From the NCBI GenBank assembly GCA_963695335.1, contig OY968764.1, forward strand, positions 864,001 to 928,000: a DNA stretch of 64,000 nt. The letters are read 5' to 3'. The notes below the pieces were generated by a model. It did no database searches. It had not been told where the DNA came from and was given only the letters and a program-made list of their open reading frames with translations. Below are positions 29,534-37,615 of this stretch, one piece after another; position 1 is the first letter of the stretch, and the number at the start of each line of letters is the position of its first letter. A program made the position numbers and the translations under genes. Source of the stretch: an uncultured bacterium (GTDB lineage: Bacteria > Babelota > Babeliae > Babelales > Vermiphilaceae).

Positions 29534-30604
29534 TTACTCTTCAATAAGAATCTCATTGATTATATTTATGGAATTTTGATTAAGAGCGAGCCATGTTGCT
29601 CGCATAGTATCTGGTTGTACTCGTCTGATTTTTGCCTCCTTACTTGCGTTTGTAAATGAATGATTTAGTCGAGATCGCGTTAATGATCTTCCATTTCTTG
29701 TAATAAATATGTGATTATTATCAGCTCGTTGTTCTTGTGTTGATGCTATGTAATCGTTTAATTTTTTCATGAACGTTTTTGGATATTCTATTGGTTTTTC
29801 ATATTTGATTTTATTTTTGTATTGTAAAAATCGAATGATATTATTTGAAAAATCGATTTGTTCAAGGGTTAATGTTAAAACATCAGAAATACGTACAGCT
29901 CCATAAAACATAGTGCTTGAAATCAGATAATCCCGATAATTATTTTTTGCTAAGAATGTATTAAATTTTTTTAACTCATCTAGAGAAAGAGCTTTTTGCG
30001 ATGTTTTTATAGTTGAGCGATAAACAGATCTTTTTTGAGAAGTTATGGGTAATGCTCTTCGGAACCATCCATTAGTAATACGTTCGAGGAATATACTGAA
30101 TGAAGTGTAACATTCGATACGAGCTATTTTAGCTGTCTTAGATAAATCATTCATGTGTTCTATGTATTGTAGTATTGATTTTTGGTTAATATGCCTTAAA
30201 CCACCTATACTGAATGCTCTGCCATCCGCAAAAGTAGTTGGGATAATATTTTTGTCCATTAGGTCTGTCATGTACGATGTGTATTTGATCTGCGTAGTGT
30301 TTTTTTCAAGCGTTATAAGCCAATTTTGAATGACTGCTGTGATAGGCATATAATCAAGCTCTTCAATTAATTCGTATTGGGCCCGATTTACAGCATTTCG
30401 AAGATTGAATAATTTAAGACTGTCATCTGTACGCTTGAGGATTGGATATTGCTTTTCTTTGGCATGTAATTCTTCTAGGAGTATTCTTCCTTGCGCAAAT
30501 TGCTCATCGTTTTTTTGTAGAATGATGATATCAGGGGATTCTTTTTGAAGTAGATTTGTTTCTTTATCTGATAGCTGTCGCATTAAAAGTTTCGTAGGTA
30601 ACAT
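29534..30604 (-). CDS. Tyrosine recombinase resembling chlamydial plasmid pGP7/pGP8 integrases; probably catalytically incomplete
   Basis: ARIECYTSF..FL.R.T.G, YRDYLI...GAVRISDVL; HxxR replaced by DTMR; no C-terminal Tyr. Start moved to ATG 30604 (aaagga RBS). Confidence 0.75.
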   Translation of the reverse strand: MLPTKLLMRQLSDKETNLLQKESPDIIILQKNDEQFAQGRILLEELHAKEKQYPILKRTDDSLKLFNLRNAVNRAQYELIEELDYMPITAVIQNWLITLEKNTTQIKYTSYMTDLMDKNIIPTTFADGRAFSIGGLRHINQKSILQYIEHMNDLSKTAKIARIECYTSFSIFLERITNGWFRRALPITSQKRSVYRSTIKTSQKALSLDELKKFNTFLAKNNYRDYLISSTMFYGAVRISDVLTLTLEQIDFSNNIIRFLQYKNKIKYEKPIEYPKTFMKKLNDYIASTQEQRADNNHIFITRNGRSLTRSRLNHSFTNASKEAKIRRVQPDTMRATWLALNQNSINIINEILIEE

Positions 30605-30806
30605 ATCATTCCTTTGTTTGTATCTTTTCTTGAATGAGAAATATGTTACCTCAACAACAGGTTTCGCGCAAGTTTTATTTGCCAACGCGCATAATGTTTT
30701 GTTAAACAGATAAGTGAAGCTCAGAAAATACTGTTTGGATGTGTTGTAAACTGAAATCAAAAGTAATTGATCTGTTAAGGAATGAGTCCACTAGGGGCAG
30801 CCATAC

Positions 30807-31089
30807 TACGCTAAAGCTTCGTATGGCAAGCCATACCTTTCAAATGATTGATATAAAAAATTTAAAGAAGTTTGATAGCTGAGCGTAGTATGCCCTTCGA
30901 AGCCTTCGGCGAAGTAGGGCTCTTTTTTTATCCTTGTAATTTTTTCAATGGTAAATCAAATTACGCTAAAGCTTCGTATGGCAAGCCATACCTTTCAAAT
31001 GATTGATATAAAAAATTTAAAAAAGTTTGATAGCTGAGCGTAGTATGCCCTTCGAAGCCTTCGGCGAAGTAGGGCTCTTTTTTTATCCT
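30807..31089. repeat. 128-bp direct duplication (period 155) carrying palindromic repeats
   Basis: 30807-30934 and 30962-31089 differ at 1 position; each holds tacgctaaagcttcgtatggcaag and tgcccttcgaagccttcggcgaagtagggc. Confidence 0.92.
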
Positions 31090-31127
31090 AATTTTTTAAT
31101 TTTAGATAACATTTCTTTAATTTATAT

Positions 31128-31370
31128 ATGTATTACGTATATCTCATCAAGTCTCTGAAAAACCCTCATAAAACTTATATAGGTTTTACTAATGATATTG
31201 AACAACGTATGGAAAAACATAACAATGGTGCATCTATTTATACCTCTGATGATAGACCTTGGAAATTAGTTACATACATTTGTTTTGATGATCAATCTAA
31301 AGCCGTTGCATTTGAAAGATATCTTAAAGTTGGTTCAGGGCATGCATTTGCTCAGCGAAGATTGTGGTAA
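31128..31370 (+). CDS. Small stand-alone GIY-YIG nuclease
   Basis: YYVYLIKS...YIGFT...R...HN.G...YT...RPW.LV......A..FERYLK.GSG. Confidence 0.92.
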   Translation: MYYVYLIKSLKNPHKTYIGFTNDIEQRMEKHNNGASIYTSDDRPWKLVTYICFDDQSKAVAFERYLKVGSGHAFAQRRLW

Positions 31371-31429
31371 TTTATAAAAGTCATGTGAAAAACACATGGC
31401 TTTTTTTTTGTGTGTTTTAGTTTTGTTAT

Positions 31430-31801
31430 TCACTTGCAAATATAACTTTTAATGCATTCCCCATCATAGGTCAGTTCAATCAAGTCTGATTTTTCAGTGA
31501 AGCACACATTGTGCGGCAGAGGGTCTTTCAATTGTAACGTAAGATCATCATTTGAAGCACCGAGAAATAGTTTTAATTCCAAATTTTCTGACAACTGAAT
31601 TTTTTGTGATTCTCCTGGGTTAATTACTGAATTTTTAGTAGTAATATCATAATTTGACTTATTATGAAGCACAATAGAAGGTTTGTGACTATTTTTTCTA
31701 AAAGCTGGTTTACGAACAAGTTCTCCTTGGCGAGGATATTCTGAACTGAGTGCATATGAACTTATTAATATCATACTACTTGTTATAATGAGATGCTTCA
31801 T
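31430..31801 (-). CDS. Secreted hypothetical protein
   Basis: 123-aa ORF with signal peptide. Confidence 0.6.
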   Translation of the reverse strand: MKHLIITSSMILISSYALSSEYPRQGELVRKPAFRKNSHKPSIVLHNKSNYDITTKNSVINPGESQKIQLSENLELKLFLGASNDDLTLQLKDPLPHNVCFTEKSDLIELTYDGECIKSYICK

Positions 31802-31916
31802 AACAAACCCTTTTGGTTATAAACATTGTATTGATTATTTTGGCCATTGATAAATATAAGATATTGCATACAATATTGGGAATAATTGTACCGTTTTTAT
31901 TTTTAAAGGTGAATGT

Positions 31917-32690
31917 ATGACAAAAAAGATAGTAGGTTTTGCGATCGTTGTTTTTAGCATCACGTCCCCCCTTAATGCTATGTTGGTAAAAGCATTAAAG
32001 AACTCAGCGCCAAAAGCATTTCAGCAACAACGTTTTTATGTTCCTAAGATTACCAGTCAAGAGAAGATGAGAGAGTTACAATTTAATCGGCAATATCTAT
32101 TTGAGCAAGTTATTGAGGTCGATGATGTTGAGGTGGCAGGGATGTTGATGGGAAAATTTGGATTGAATGTTTATGATGATTTAATAGAAATAGCCCAATC
32201 TCCTGAGATGCTACGATTTCTTGAAGAGTATGGTTGTGATATTCGTAAGATAGATGATAGCCATGGTGGGAATTATTTACATAAAATCATTTCGGATGAA
32301 GGTAGAGAAGATACAGAATTCACAAAAGATTTTTTTATAAAATATGCTCTTGATAAAGGAGTTAATCCGCATGCAGTAGATAATTTTGGTGAAAATTTGT
32401 GGCATAAGTTACTGACGCGACCGTTTACAGTTAGTCACGAAGAGACGCATTTGCTAGATCGTGCAAGATTATTACGTTCATTGTATGTTAATCCTCATCA
32501 TAAAGATGAGCATGGAAGAAGTGCAATAGAGTTGGTGCAAGGTAGAATGCATGATTTGGAAGAGACAAAAAAGAGATGTGAATCCTATACGTACACTTAC
32601 GAAGATGCTGTTTCTCAACTAAAAACATATCACAAGTTATTAAAAATTATGAATAGCGAAGATTGTAATCAAAGAGAAAGTGCTTTATAA
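31917..32690 (+). CDS. Secreted protein with degenerate ankyrin-like repeats
   Basis: GGNYLH, KGVNPHAVDNFGENLWH, KDEHGRSAIE. Confidence 0.7.
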   Translation: MTKKIVGFAIVVFSITSPLNAMLVKALKNSAPKAFQQQRFYVPKITSQEKMRELQFNRQYLFEQVIEVDDVEVAGMLMGKFGLNVYDDLIEIAQSPEMLRFLEEYGCDIRKIDDSHGGNYLHKIISDEGREDTEFTKDFFIKYALDKGVNPHAVDNFGENLWHKLLTRPFTVSHEETHLLDRARLLRSLYVNPHHKDEHGRSAIELVQGRMHDLEETKKRCESYTYTYEDAVSQLKTYHKLLKIMNSEDCNQRESAL

Positions 32691-33133
32691 ATCGCTGAGC
32701 TCGAGAAGTTTTCGATTATATCAGTTACGATAACAAGCTGTGCGCCAATTGCGTCAGCTTGTTTTTGTTTGTTGCTTTGTTGAGGATCGTTATTAGTTAT
32801 TGCAATGATGTTCGGTTTGATATTTTTCACTAATGCTAGGTAATCATCAAACCCATTCAGTTGAGGCAGCATAATGACGTGATCAACAGAGTGTAGTGCT
32901 AATAAGTTGTGTGCACGTTCTTTTTGTGTATGTACCGGTGTTCTCTGTTTATAATTGATAATCCGCTCATCTGGTTCAAGAGCTACGATGACATAATCAC
33001 CAATTCCTTTTGCTTTTTGTAGAAACTGTATGTGTCCAAAATGGAGTATATCAAAACAACCGCCAACAAGGACAATTTTTTTATTCGGAAGAGTTAAAAT
33101 AGTTTGGGTAGGGTCATAGTATTGATAATTCAT
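32669..33133 (-). CDS. Cytidylyltransferase-like (HIGH) nucleotidyltransferase
   Basis: GGCFDILHFGHIQFL; C-terminal SSSAI. Confidence 0.88.
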   Translation of the reverse strand: MNYQYYDPTQTILTLPNKKIVLVGGCFDILHFGHIQFLQKAKGIGDYVIVALEPDERIINYKQRTPVHTQKERAHNLLALHSVDHVIMLPQLNGFDDYLALVKNIKPNIIAITNNDPQQSNKQKQADAIGAQLVIVTDIIENFSSSAIYKALSL

Positions 33134-33247
33134 TCTTTAAACGTAATCTATTTGTTTATTTTGATCAATTAAATTGAGTTTTTTATATATCCATGTACTA
33201 TTTCTGAAACATTTATTTATACAATCAAATAATAAAAAGAGGTGTAA

Positions 33248-34108
33248 ATGGAATTCGTGCGAGTTTATGTAAATATTATTACATTATTTGCGTTATTTAG
33301 TGTTGTGCAAAATTATGCAGAAGGATTTGCAGCTGGAACATTGGTAAAGGTTCCTAATGGGTATGAAAGGATAGAAGATTTAAAAGTTGGCGATGTAGTT
33401 ATTTGTTGGGATGACACACACAATTTTGTTGAGAGACCAATTTGTTATGTTGCAAGAAAATCAATACCTCATTATGTATCTGTTGCGATAGATGATGAAT
33501 TTTTAGAGCTTTCTGCAAACCAGCAGCTGTATGATACAGCAACTGCATCATGGATTATGGTTTCAGATTTTGATAATGCTCTCATAAAGTTTAAAGAAGA
33601 ATCTGTTGATGTTTATGTAATAACTGTTGGGCAATATCACAATTTTTTTGTATCAAAAGCAGATATTTGTGCACATAATTTTATTCCTGCCATTGTTGCA
33701 GGAATATCTTTTTTATTTGGATCTGGCGTTGAAATTGCAGGTGTTAGTTGTGGTTTAGCTTCATTGGGCACTTATGTTGGGTATAAATGGCATAAAAATA
33801 AACAGGGTAGTGTTGAAGTAGGTTGTATTTCAATTGATAATTTGCAAGCAGATGATCTTTATAACAGTAATGATGCACAGGCACCAGGCATGCCAACAGA
33901 AAAAGATGGCTATCATCCGCCTAAAAATTGGGATGGGAAAAAAGTGAAACATCCAAGAAATGGTACTGTTGGATGGCCGGATGATAAGGGTAATGTATGG
34001 GTTCCTACGGGAGTTGGACCTAAAGCACATGGAGGACCTCATTGGGATGTTCAACATCCAAATGGTAAAGATTATGATAATGTTTATCCTGGTGGTAAAG
34101 TAAGGTAG
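33248..34108 (+). CDS. Secreted Hint-domain polymorphic toxin with putative nuclease tip (HWDVQ, toxin-37-like)
   Basis: Signal peptide; GFAAGTLV...IEDLKVGD...HNFFV...AHN; hydrophobic linker; HGGPHWDVQ. Confidence 0.8.
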   Translation: MEFVRVYVNIITLFALFSVVQNYAEGFAAGTLVKVPNGYERIEDLKVGDVVICWDDTHNFVERPICYVARKSIPHYVSVAIDDEFLELSANQQLYDTATASWIMVSDFDNALIKFKEESVDVYVITVGQYHNFFVSKADICAHNFIPAIVAGISFLFGSGVEIAGVSCGLASLGTYVGYKWHKNKQGSVEVGCISIDNLQADDLYNSNDAQAPGMPTEKDGYHPPKNWDGKKVKHPRNGTVGWPDDKGNVWVPTGVGPKAHGGPHWDVQHPNGKDYDNVYPGGKVR

Positions 34109-34128
34109 TATACATAGGGAAATTAAAT

Positions 34129-34398
34129 ATGGGTTCAGGAATCATTTTGAGATGTTCACCGTTGCGATTTTATACAAATACTGATGAAACATTGTTTTTT
34201 AATTGGCTTAAAAAAATTAAGTCTATTGTGCATGTTGAAGGAATAGGTAGAGAATTACATTTAAGTTTCGCATCTAATAATATACCAAGCAAAGATTTAC
34301 GTGAACTTATGGGATTGTTTGATAGGTATAAATTTGATAATACTCAGCTTAAAGTATTTATGAATGAGGGTAATAAGGATTGGTTTGAAGAAGTCTAA
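34129..34398 (+). CDS. Putative immunity protein
   Basis: 89-aa ORF directly after the toxin, same strand. Confidence 0.6.
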   Translation: MGSGIILRCSPLRFYTNTDETLFFNWLKKIKSIVHVEGIGRELHLSFASNNIPSKDLRELMGLFDRYKFDNTQLKVFMNEGNKDWFEEV

Positions 34399-34410
34399 AG
34401 AGTTATATAT

Positions 34411-35055
34411 ATGCTTAAAAATGTTTTGTATTTTGGTTCAAAGTCGCAATCGCGACGTATGCTTCTAGAAGAATCACAGATCCCTTTTACTGTTGTTGGT
34501 CAAAATGCTGATGAATCGCAATGCGATTGGGGATTGCCGTTGCCACAATTGGTTCTGAGCATTGCATTGCATAAGATGGATCATGTTGTGCTGCCCGATG
34601 GTAAACATGAAGGTGAGGTATGCTATGTGCTCACTGCTGATACCATGTCGCATGATAAAATGGGTATAATTCATGGCAAACCAGTTGATAGAGCTGATGC
34701 AATTGCAAAAATAAGAGCAAGTGCGCAAGGCTCTTTTTTATGCACTGCGTTTTGTGTGGATAGAAGGGTATGGCGCCCAGTCCGCCGAAGCCTTGATGAA
34801 GGAGGAAAAAATAATGTTTGGGTTGTTGATGAAAGAATTACGGATGTAGTTTCTGCTGAATTTATATTTTATGTACCAGAAAGTTGGATTGATATTTATC
34901 TTGAACATACACCATTCTTGGACGTGTCTGGTGGAATGGCGATTGAAAAGTATGGTAATCAATTTTTGAAAAATGTACAAGGGTCATATTCAACCATTAT
35001 TGGATTACCACTTTTTGAAGTGCGTGAGGCGCTTGAGAAGTTGGGATTTTTTTAG
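34411..35055 (+). CDS. maf: Maf-family nucleotide pyrophosphatase
   Basis: GSKSQSRRMLL, TADT, GKP, GSYSTIIGLP. Confidence 0.9.
   Translation: MLKNVLYFGSKSQSRRMLLEESQIPFTVVGQNADESQCDWGLPLPQLVLSIALHKMDHVVLPDGKHEGEVCYVLTADTMSHDKMGIIHGKPVDRADAIAKIRASAQGSFLCTAFCVDRRVWRPVRRSLDEGGKNNVWVVDERITDVVSAEFIFYVPESWIDIYLEHTPFLDVSGGMAIEKYGNQFLKNVQGSYSTIIGLPLFEVREALEKLGFF
34777..34806. repeat. 30-bp family C repeat, in frame in maf (PVRRSLDEGG)
   Basis: ccagtccgccgaagccttgatgaaggagga aligns without gaps to 2717-2746. Confidence 0.75.
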
Positions 35056-35057
35056 AA

Positions 35058-35100
35058 AAGTGCGCTTGAATTCTTCAACAAGTTCAGAATGAGCGCACTT
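35058..35100. repeat. Family A repeat, possibly acting as a terminator
   Basis: aagtgcgct...ttcttcaacaagttcagaatgagcgcactt between convergent genes. Confidence 0.8.
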
Positions 35101-35152
35101 ATATTTTATGATGGGGTCCCCAATTTTGAGTGAAATGAAAATTGGGGTTTAA

Positions 35153-35620
35153 TTAATGGATGTTGCCTTTAGTAATAGGCTTCCATTGCTTAAGAAATTC
35201 TTTACACAGCTGCTCTTTTGCATTCATGTGTGGGTTGTGATCAAGTTTTTTTGTTGTGTTTTCTATGCTCGATCGTAATGTTTCATTATCCAAAAGTGAT
35301 GAATCAAAATGATCGATTGTAGGAAGTAAGTTTTTTTCTCGTGCTTTTTGTTCTACATGAGTATTAATAGCCTCGCCAAGAAGTATTTCAAGCAGTTCAA
35401 AGAAATCAACAATGCCGTGGTGCATTTCTTCCAGTATATTGGGGTCAGACACGGTTGTAGCTTTTTGTATACTATCATGCAATCCATGCGCAACGGCCTT
35501 GGATATAATTTTCTTCAATTTGTCAGTATCATGTTGTCCAAGCCATCTTAATAAATGGAGCAGTTCATACGAAAGTGCGAATTGTGAATTGTTGTCATGA
35601 GAAAATGAATCATTATTCAT
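35153..35620 (-). CDS. Hypothetical protein
   Basis: 155-aa ORF, helical composition, RBS-like aagg. Confidence 0.7.
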   Translation of the reverse strand: MNNDSFSHDNNSQFALSYELLHLLRWLGQHDTDKLKKIISKAVAHGLHDSIQKATTVSDPNILEEMHHGIVDFFELLEILLGEAINTHVEQKAREKNLLPTIDHFDSSLLDNETLRSSIENTTKKLDHNPHMNAKEQLCKEFLKQWKPITKGNIH

Positions 35621-35754
35621 ACTATGCCTTTCGTGATTGAGGACTAATCATACACCTTACTTATTTTGAATTTGCACTATTGAACGTTATTTTTAAAACA
35701 TTTTTTTAAAGTTGGTGTAATTACTGTATACTTTAAAGCTCCAGGATTATTTTT

Positions 35755-36234
35755 TTAGTCTTCGTATTCTATTTCCCAGTTATCAACGTCCACAGTACTA
35801 TCTTGTTCTTTATGGTTGGCTTGTTTTTTGACTGGAACATCTGCGTTTACTTCTTTTTCACCTTTGTGTTTAAGTTGTAAAAGTCGCTGATAACTACTTT
35901 GAACCATCTCTTTTGATTTTTCATTTTCTTGATCAAGTTCATGCTGAGTTGATTCAAAGATTTTGTTCATCTCACTTTGCATCTTTTTGATTTGCTTTTT
36001 AAGGCGCAGAATCATTTCAACACCGGCTAAGTTAATTCCCATTTCATGGGTGAGGTAAATTACTTCCTCTAACTGATCAATGTCCTCTTCAGAAAAAAGC
36101 CGTGTATTGCCTGATGAACGTTTAGGGTTAATAAGACCTTGCTTTTCATAGAGGCGTACTGTTTGCTGATGAACAGAAAACATTTTAGCAACGGCTGAAA
36201 TAGAGAAAAAACCTTTTTTTCTTCGAACTTTCAT
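35755..36234 (-). CDS. hspR: MerR-family regulator, HspR-like
   Basis: SISAVAKMFSVHQQTVRLYEKQGLINPKRSSGNTRLFS...LTHEMGINLAGVEMIL. Confidence 0.75.
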   Translation of the reverse strand: MKVRRKKGFFSISAVAKMFSVHQQTVRLYEKQGLINPKRSSGNTRLFSEEDIDQLEEVIYLTHEMGINLAGVEMILRLKKQIKKMQSEMNKIFESTQHELDQENEKSKEMVQSSYQRLLQLKHKGEKEVNADVPVKKQANHKEQDSTVDVDNWEIEYED

Positions 36235-36393
36235 TATATATACCCAAAAAAAGAGCTCTAAATATCGCTTTCATTACACTAGCCGATACTTTAGTATACC
36301 ATACAATTTTTTGCAAATCAGCTTGAACCTAGCTTTTTGTAGTAATATCTTTGTAAATTGACAAGTGGTAATACCATTTTTAAAGGGGGGAAC

Positions 36394-37536
36394 ATGAATA
36401 GTAAGAGATATGCAATGATTAATGGTCTTTTGGCGCTCGTCCTGAGCCTGTCGAAGGATATCCTTGAGCGCTCGAAGAAATCCTTCAACAAGTTCAGGAT
36501 GAGCGCGGGATATTTTTTTATCATTTTTTTCATAATAAATCCGCCGGTGCAAGCGGCGCTAGCTCCATATATTCCTTCTTATGACGATCGTTATGAAGAA
36601 GATATGCAGCAAGCGCGTGGTGATAAAGATTATTTTAAAGAGCCTGATGATGGGTTGAATTATGCGCAATATCATTATGTTGGCGCTCATTCAGCAGAAA
36701 AATATCCACGTTTTTTCCCTCCAACATCTGCTTTGCAAGATCAACCAATACCGGGATTATTAGCTACTGGTGTGCGCGGTCTGATGTTTACAACCTTTGA
36801 TTGGTCGTTAAGTTGGTCATCAATTTTAAAAGATGGTAGAAGTGTTGTTTTATCGTATCCAAAAGAAGAATCAACCGTGTTTCAAAAGAATGGTAAGCCA
36901 CTCTATCAGACGCTACATTATGAAATGAATCGTATTTTTAATTTTCTTAAATCTCATCCCAAAGCAATTATTACTATTTTGTTTGAAGATTATGCTGAGC
37001 CAGACAAAATGGTGCGGGATATGAGAGGAATTCTTATGAAGAACAGTTATGATCCAATTTTACGCCCGTCCGATTGGGCCGCTGCACAACAAAAGGGTGA
37101 ATGGCCAACGTTGGGTTGGATGCGCAAGAATAACAAAAGATTAATTATGTTTACTCAAGTTAATGAAAATCACACAGAGTTTACGTGGCCAGAAAAGAAT
37201 TATTTTTGGAAAAATATGACGGGGACTATGAATAAAGATATTGCATGTAATGAAGAGCAACATGCAGCACCGGAACCTTATGAGCCACATCGATCATTAG
37301 TGAGTTTTGGATGTTATGGCAATCCATCAATTACTCCTAATAAAAGAAACTGTTTGTCTTATGATGCAGTTAAAGATTTGACATCAGTGTGCCAACAAAA
37401 AGGTTTTGCCAAAGGTAAACTGTTTAATGGATATTGGGCTGATTTTATTATCAGCATTGTAAACGGTTTGGTAAGAGATAAGACAAAAACAGTGTTTGAT
37501 TATGTGAATGAATTAAACGTGCTGAAGCGCAAGTAG
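36394..37536 (+). CDS. Secreted PI-PLC X-domain-like phosphodiesterase
   Basis: GAHSA, Q...LATGVRGLM, IITILFEDY, WPTLGWM...NKRL; start moved to ATG 36394. Confidence 0.7.
   Translation: MNSKRYAMINGLLALVLSLSKDILERSKKSFNKFRMSAGYFFIIFFIINPPVQAALAPYIPSYDDRYEEDMQQARGDKDYFKEPDDGLNYAQYHYVGAHSAEKYPRFFPPTSALQDQPIPGLLATGVRGLMFTTFDWSLSWSSILKDGRSVVLSYPKEESTVFQKNGKPLYQTLHYEMNRIFNFLKSHPKAIITILFEDYAEPDKMVRDMRGILMKNSYDPILRPSDWAAAQQKGEWPTLGWMRKNNKRLIMFTQVNENHTEFTWPEKNYFWKNMTGTMNKDIACNEEQHAAPEPYEPHRSLVSFGCYGNPSITPNKRNCLSYDAVKDLTSVCQQKGFAKGKLFNGYWADFIISIVNGLVRDKTKTVFDYVNELNVLKRK
36433..36506. repeat. Family A double repeat, in frame in the signal-peptide region
   Basis: Encodes ALVLSLSKDILERSKKSFNKFRMSA; near-identical to 6489-6562. 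Confidence 0.9.
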
Positions 37537-37615
37537 AATAAATATATTGCGTCAGAAGAGTCGCTTATTTTAGGCTTGATGTGAAGATTATGCACTCAGC
37601 CTAAAGGAAAATAAT

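Larger units (their letters stand above)
21621..30806. mobile_element. Integrated satellite/PICI-like or integrative plasmid element at the tRNA-Gln 3' end
   Basis: Direct repeat cagccatac at 21621-21629 and 30798-30806; contains recombinases, primase-helicase and a small HTH-like gene; no intact capsid or terminase gene seen. Confidence 0.85.

Noticed and set aside
21621..30806. Complete prophage
   Set aside because: No terminase, portal, intact capsid or tail genes between the att sites.
30807..31089. Possible CRISPR array
   Set aside because: Only two 128-bp units with no unique spacers between short repeats; no cas1/cas2. The Cas4-like gene alone is not evidence of CRISPR.
36274..36552. 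Short minus-strand ORFs containing RAHPELVEG / ILRQAQDER
   Set aside because: Translations of the family A repeat antisense to the PI-PLC-like gene.
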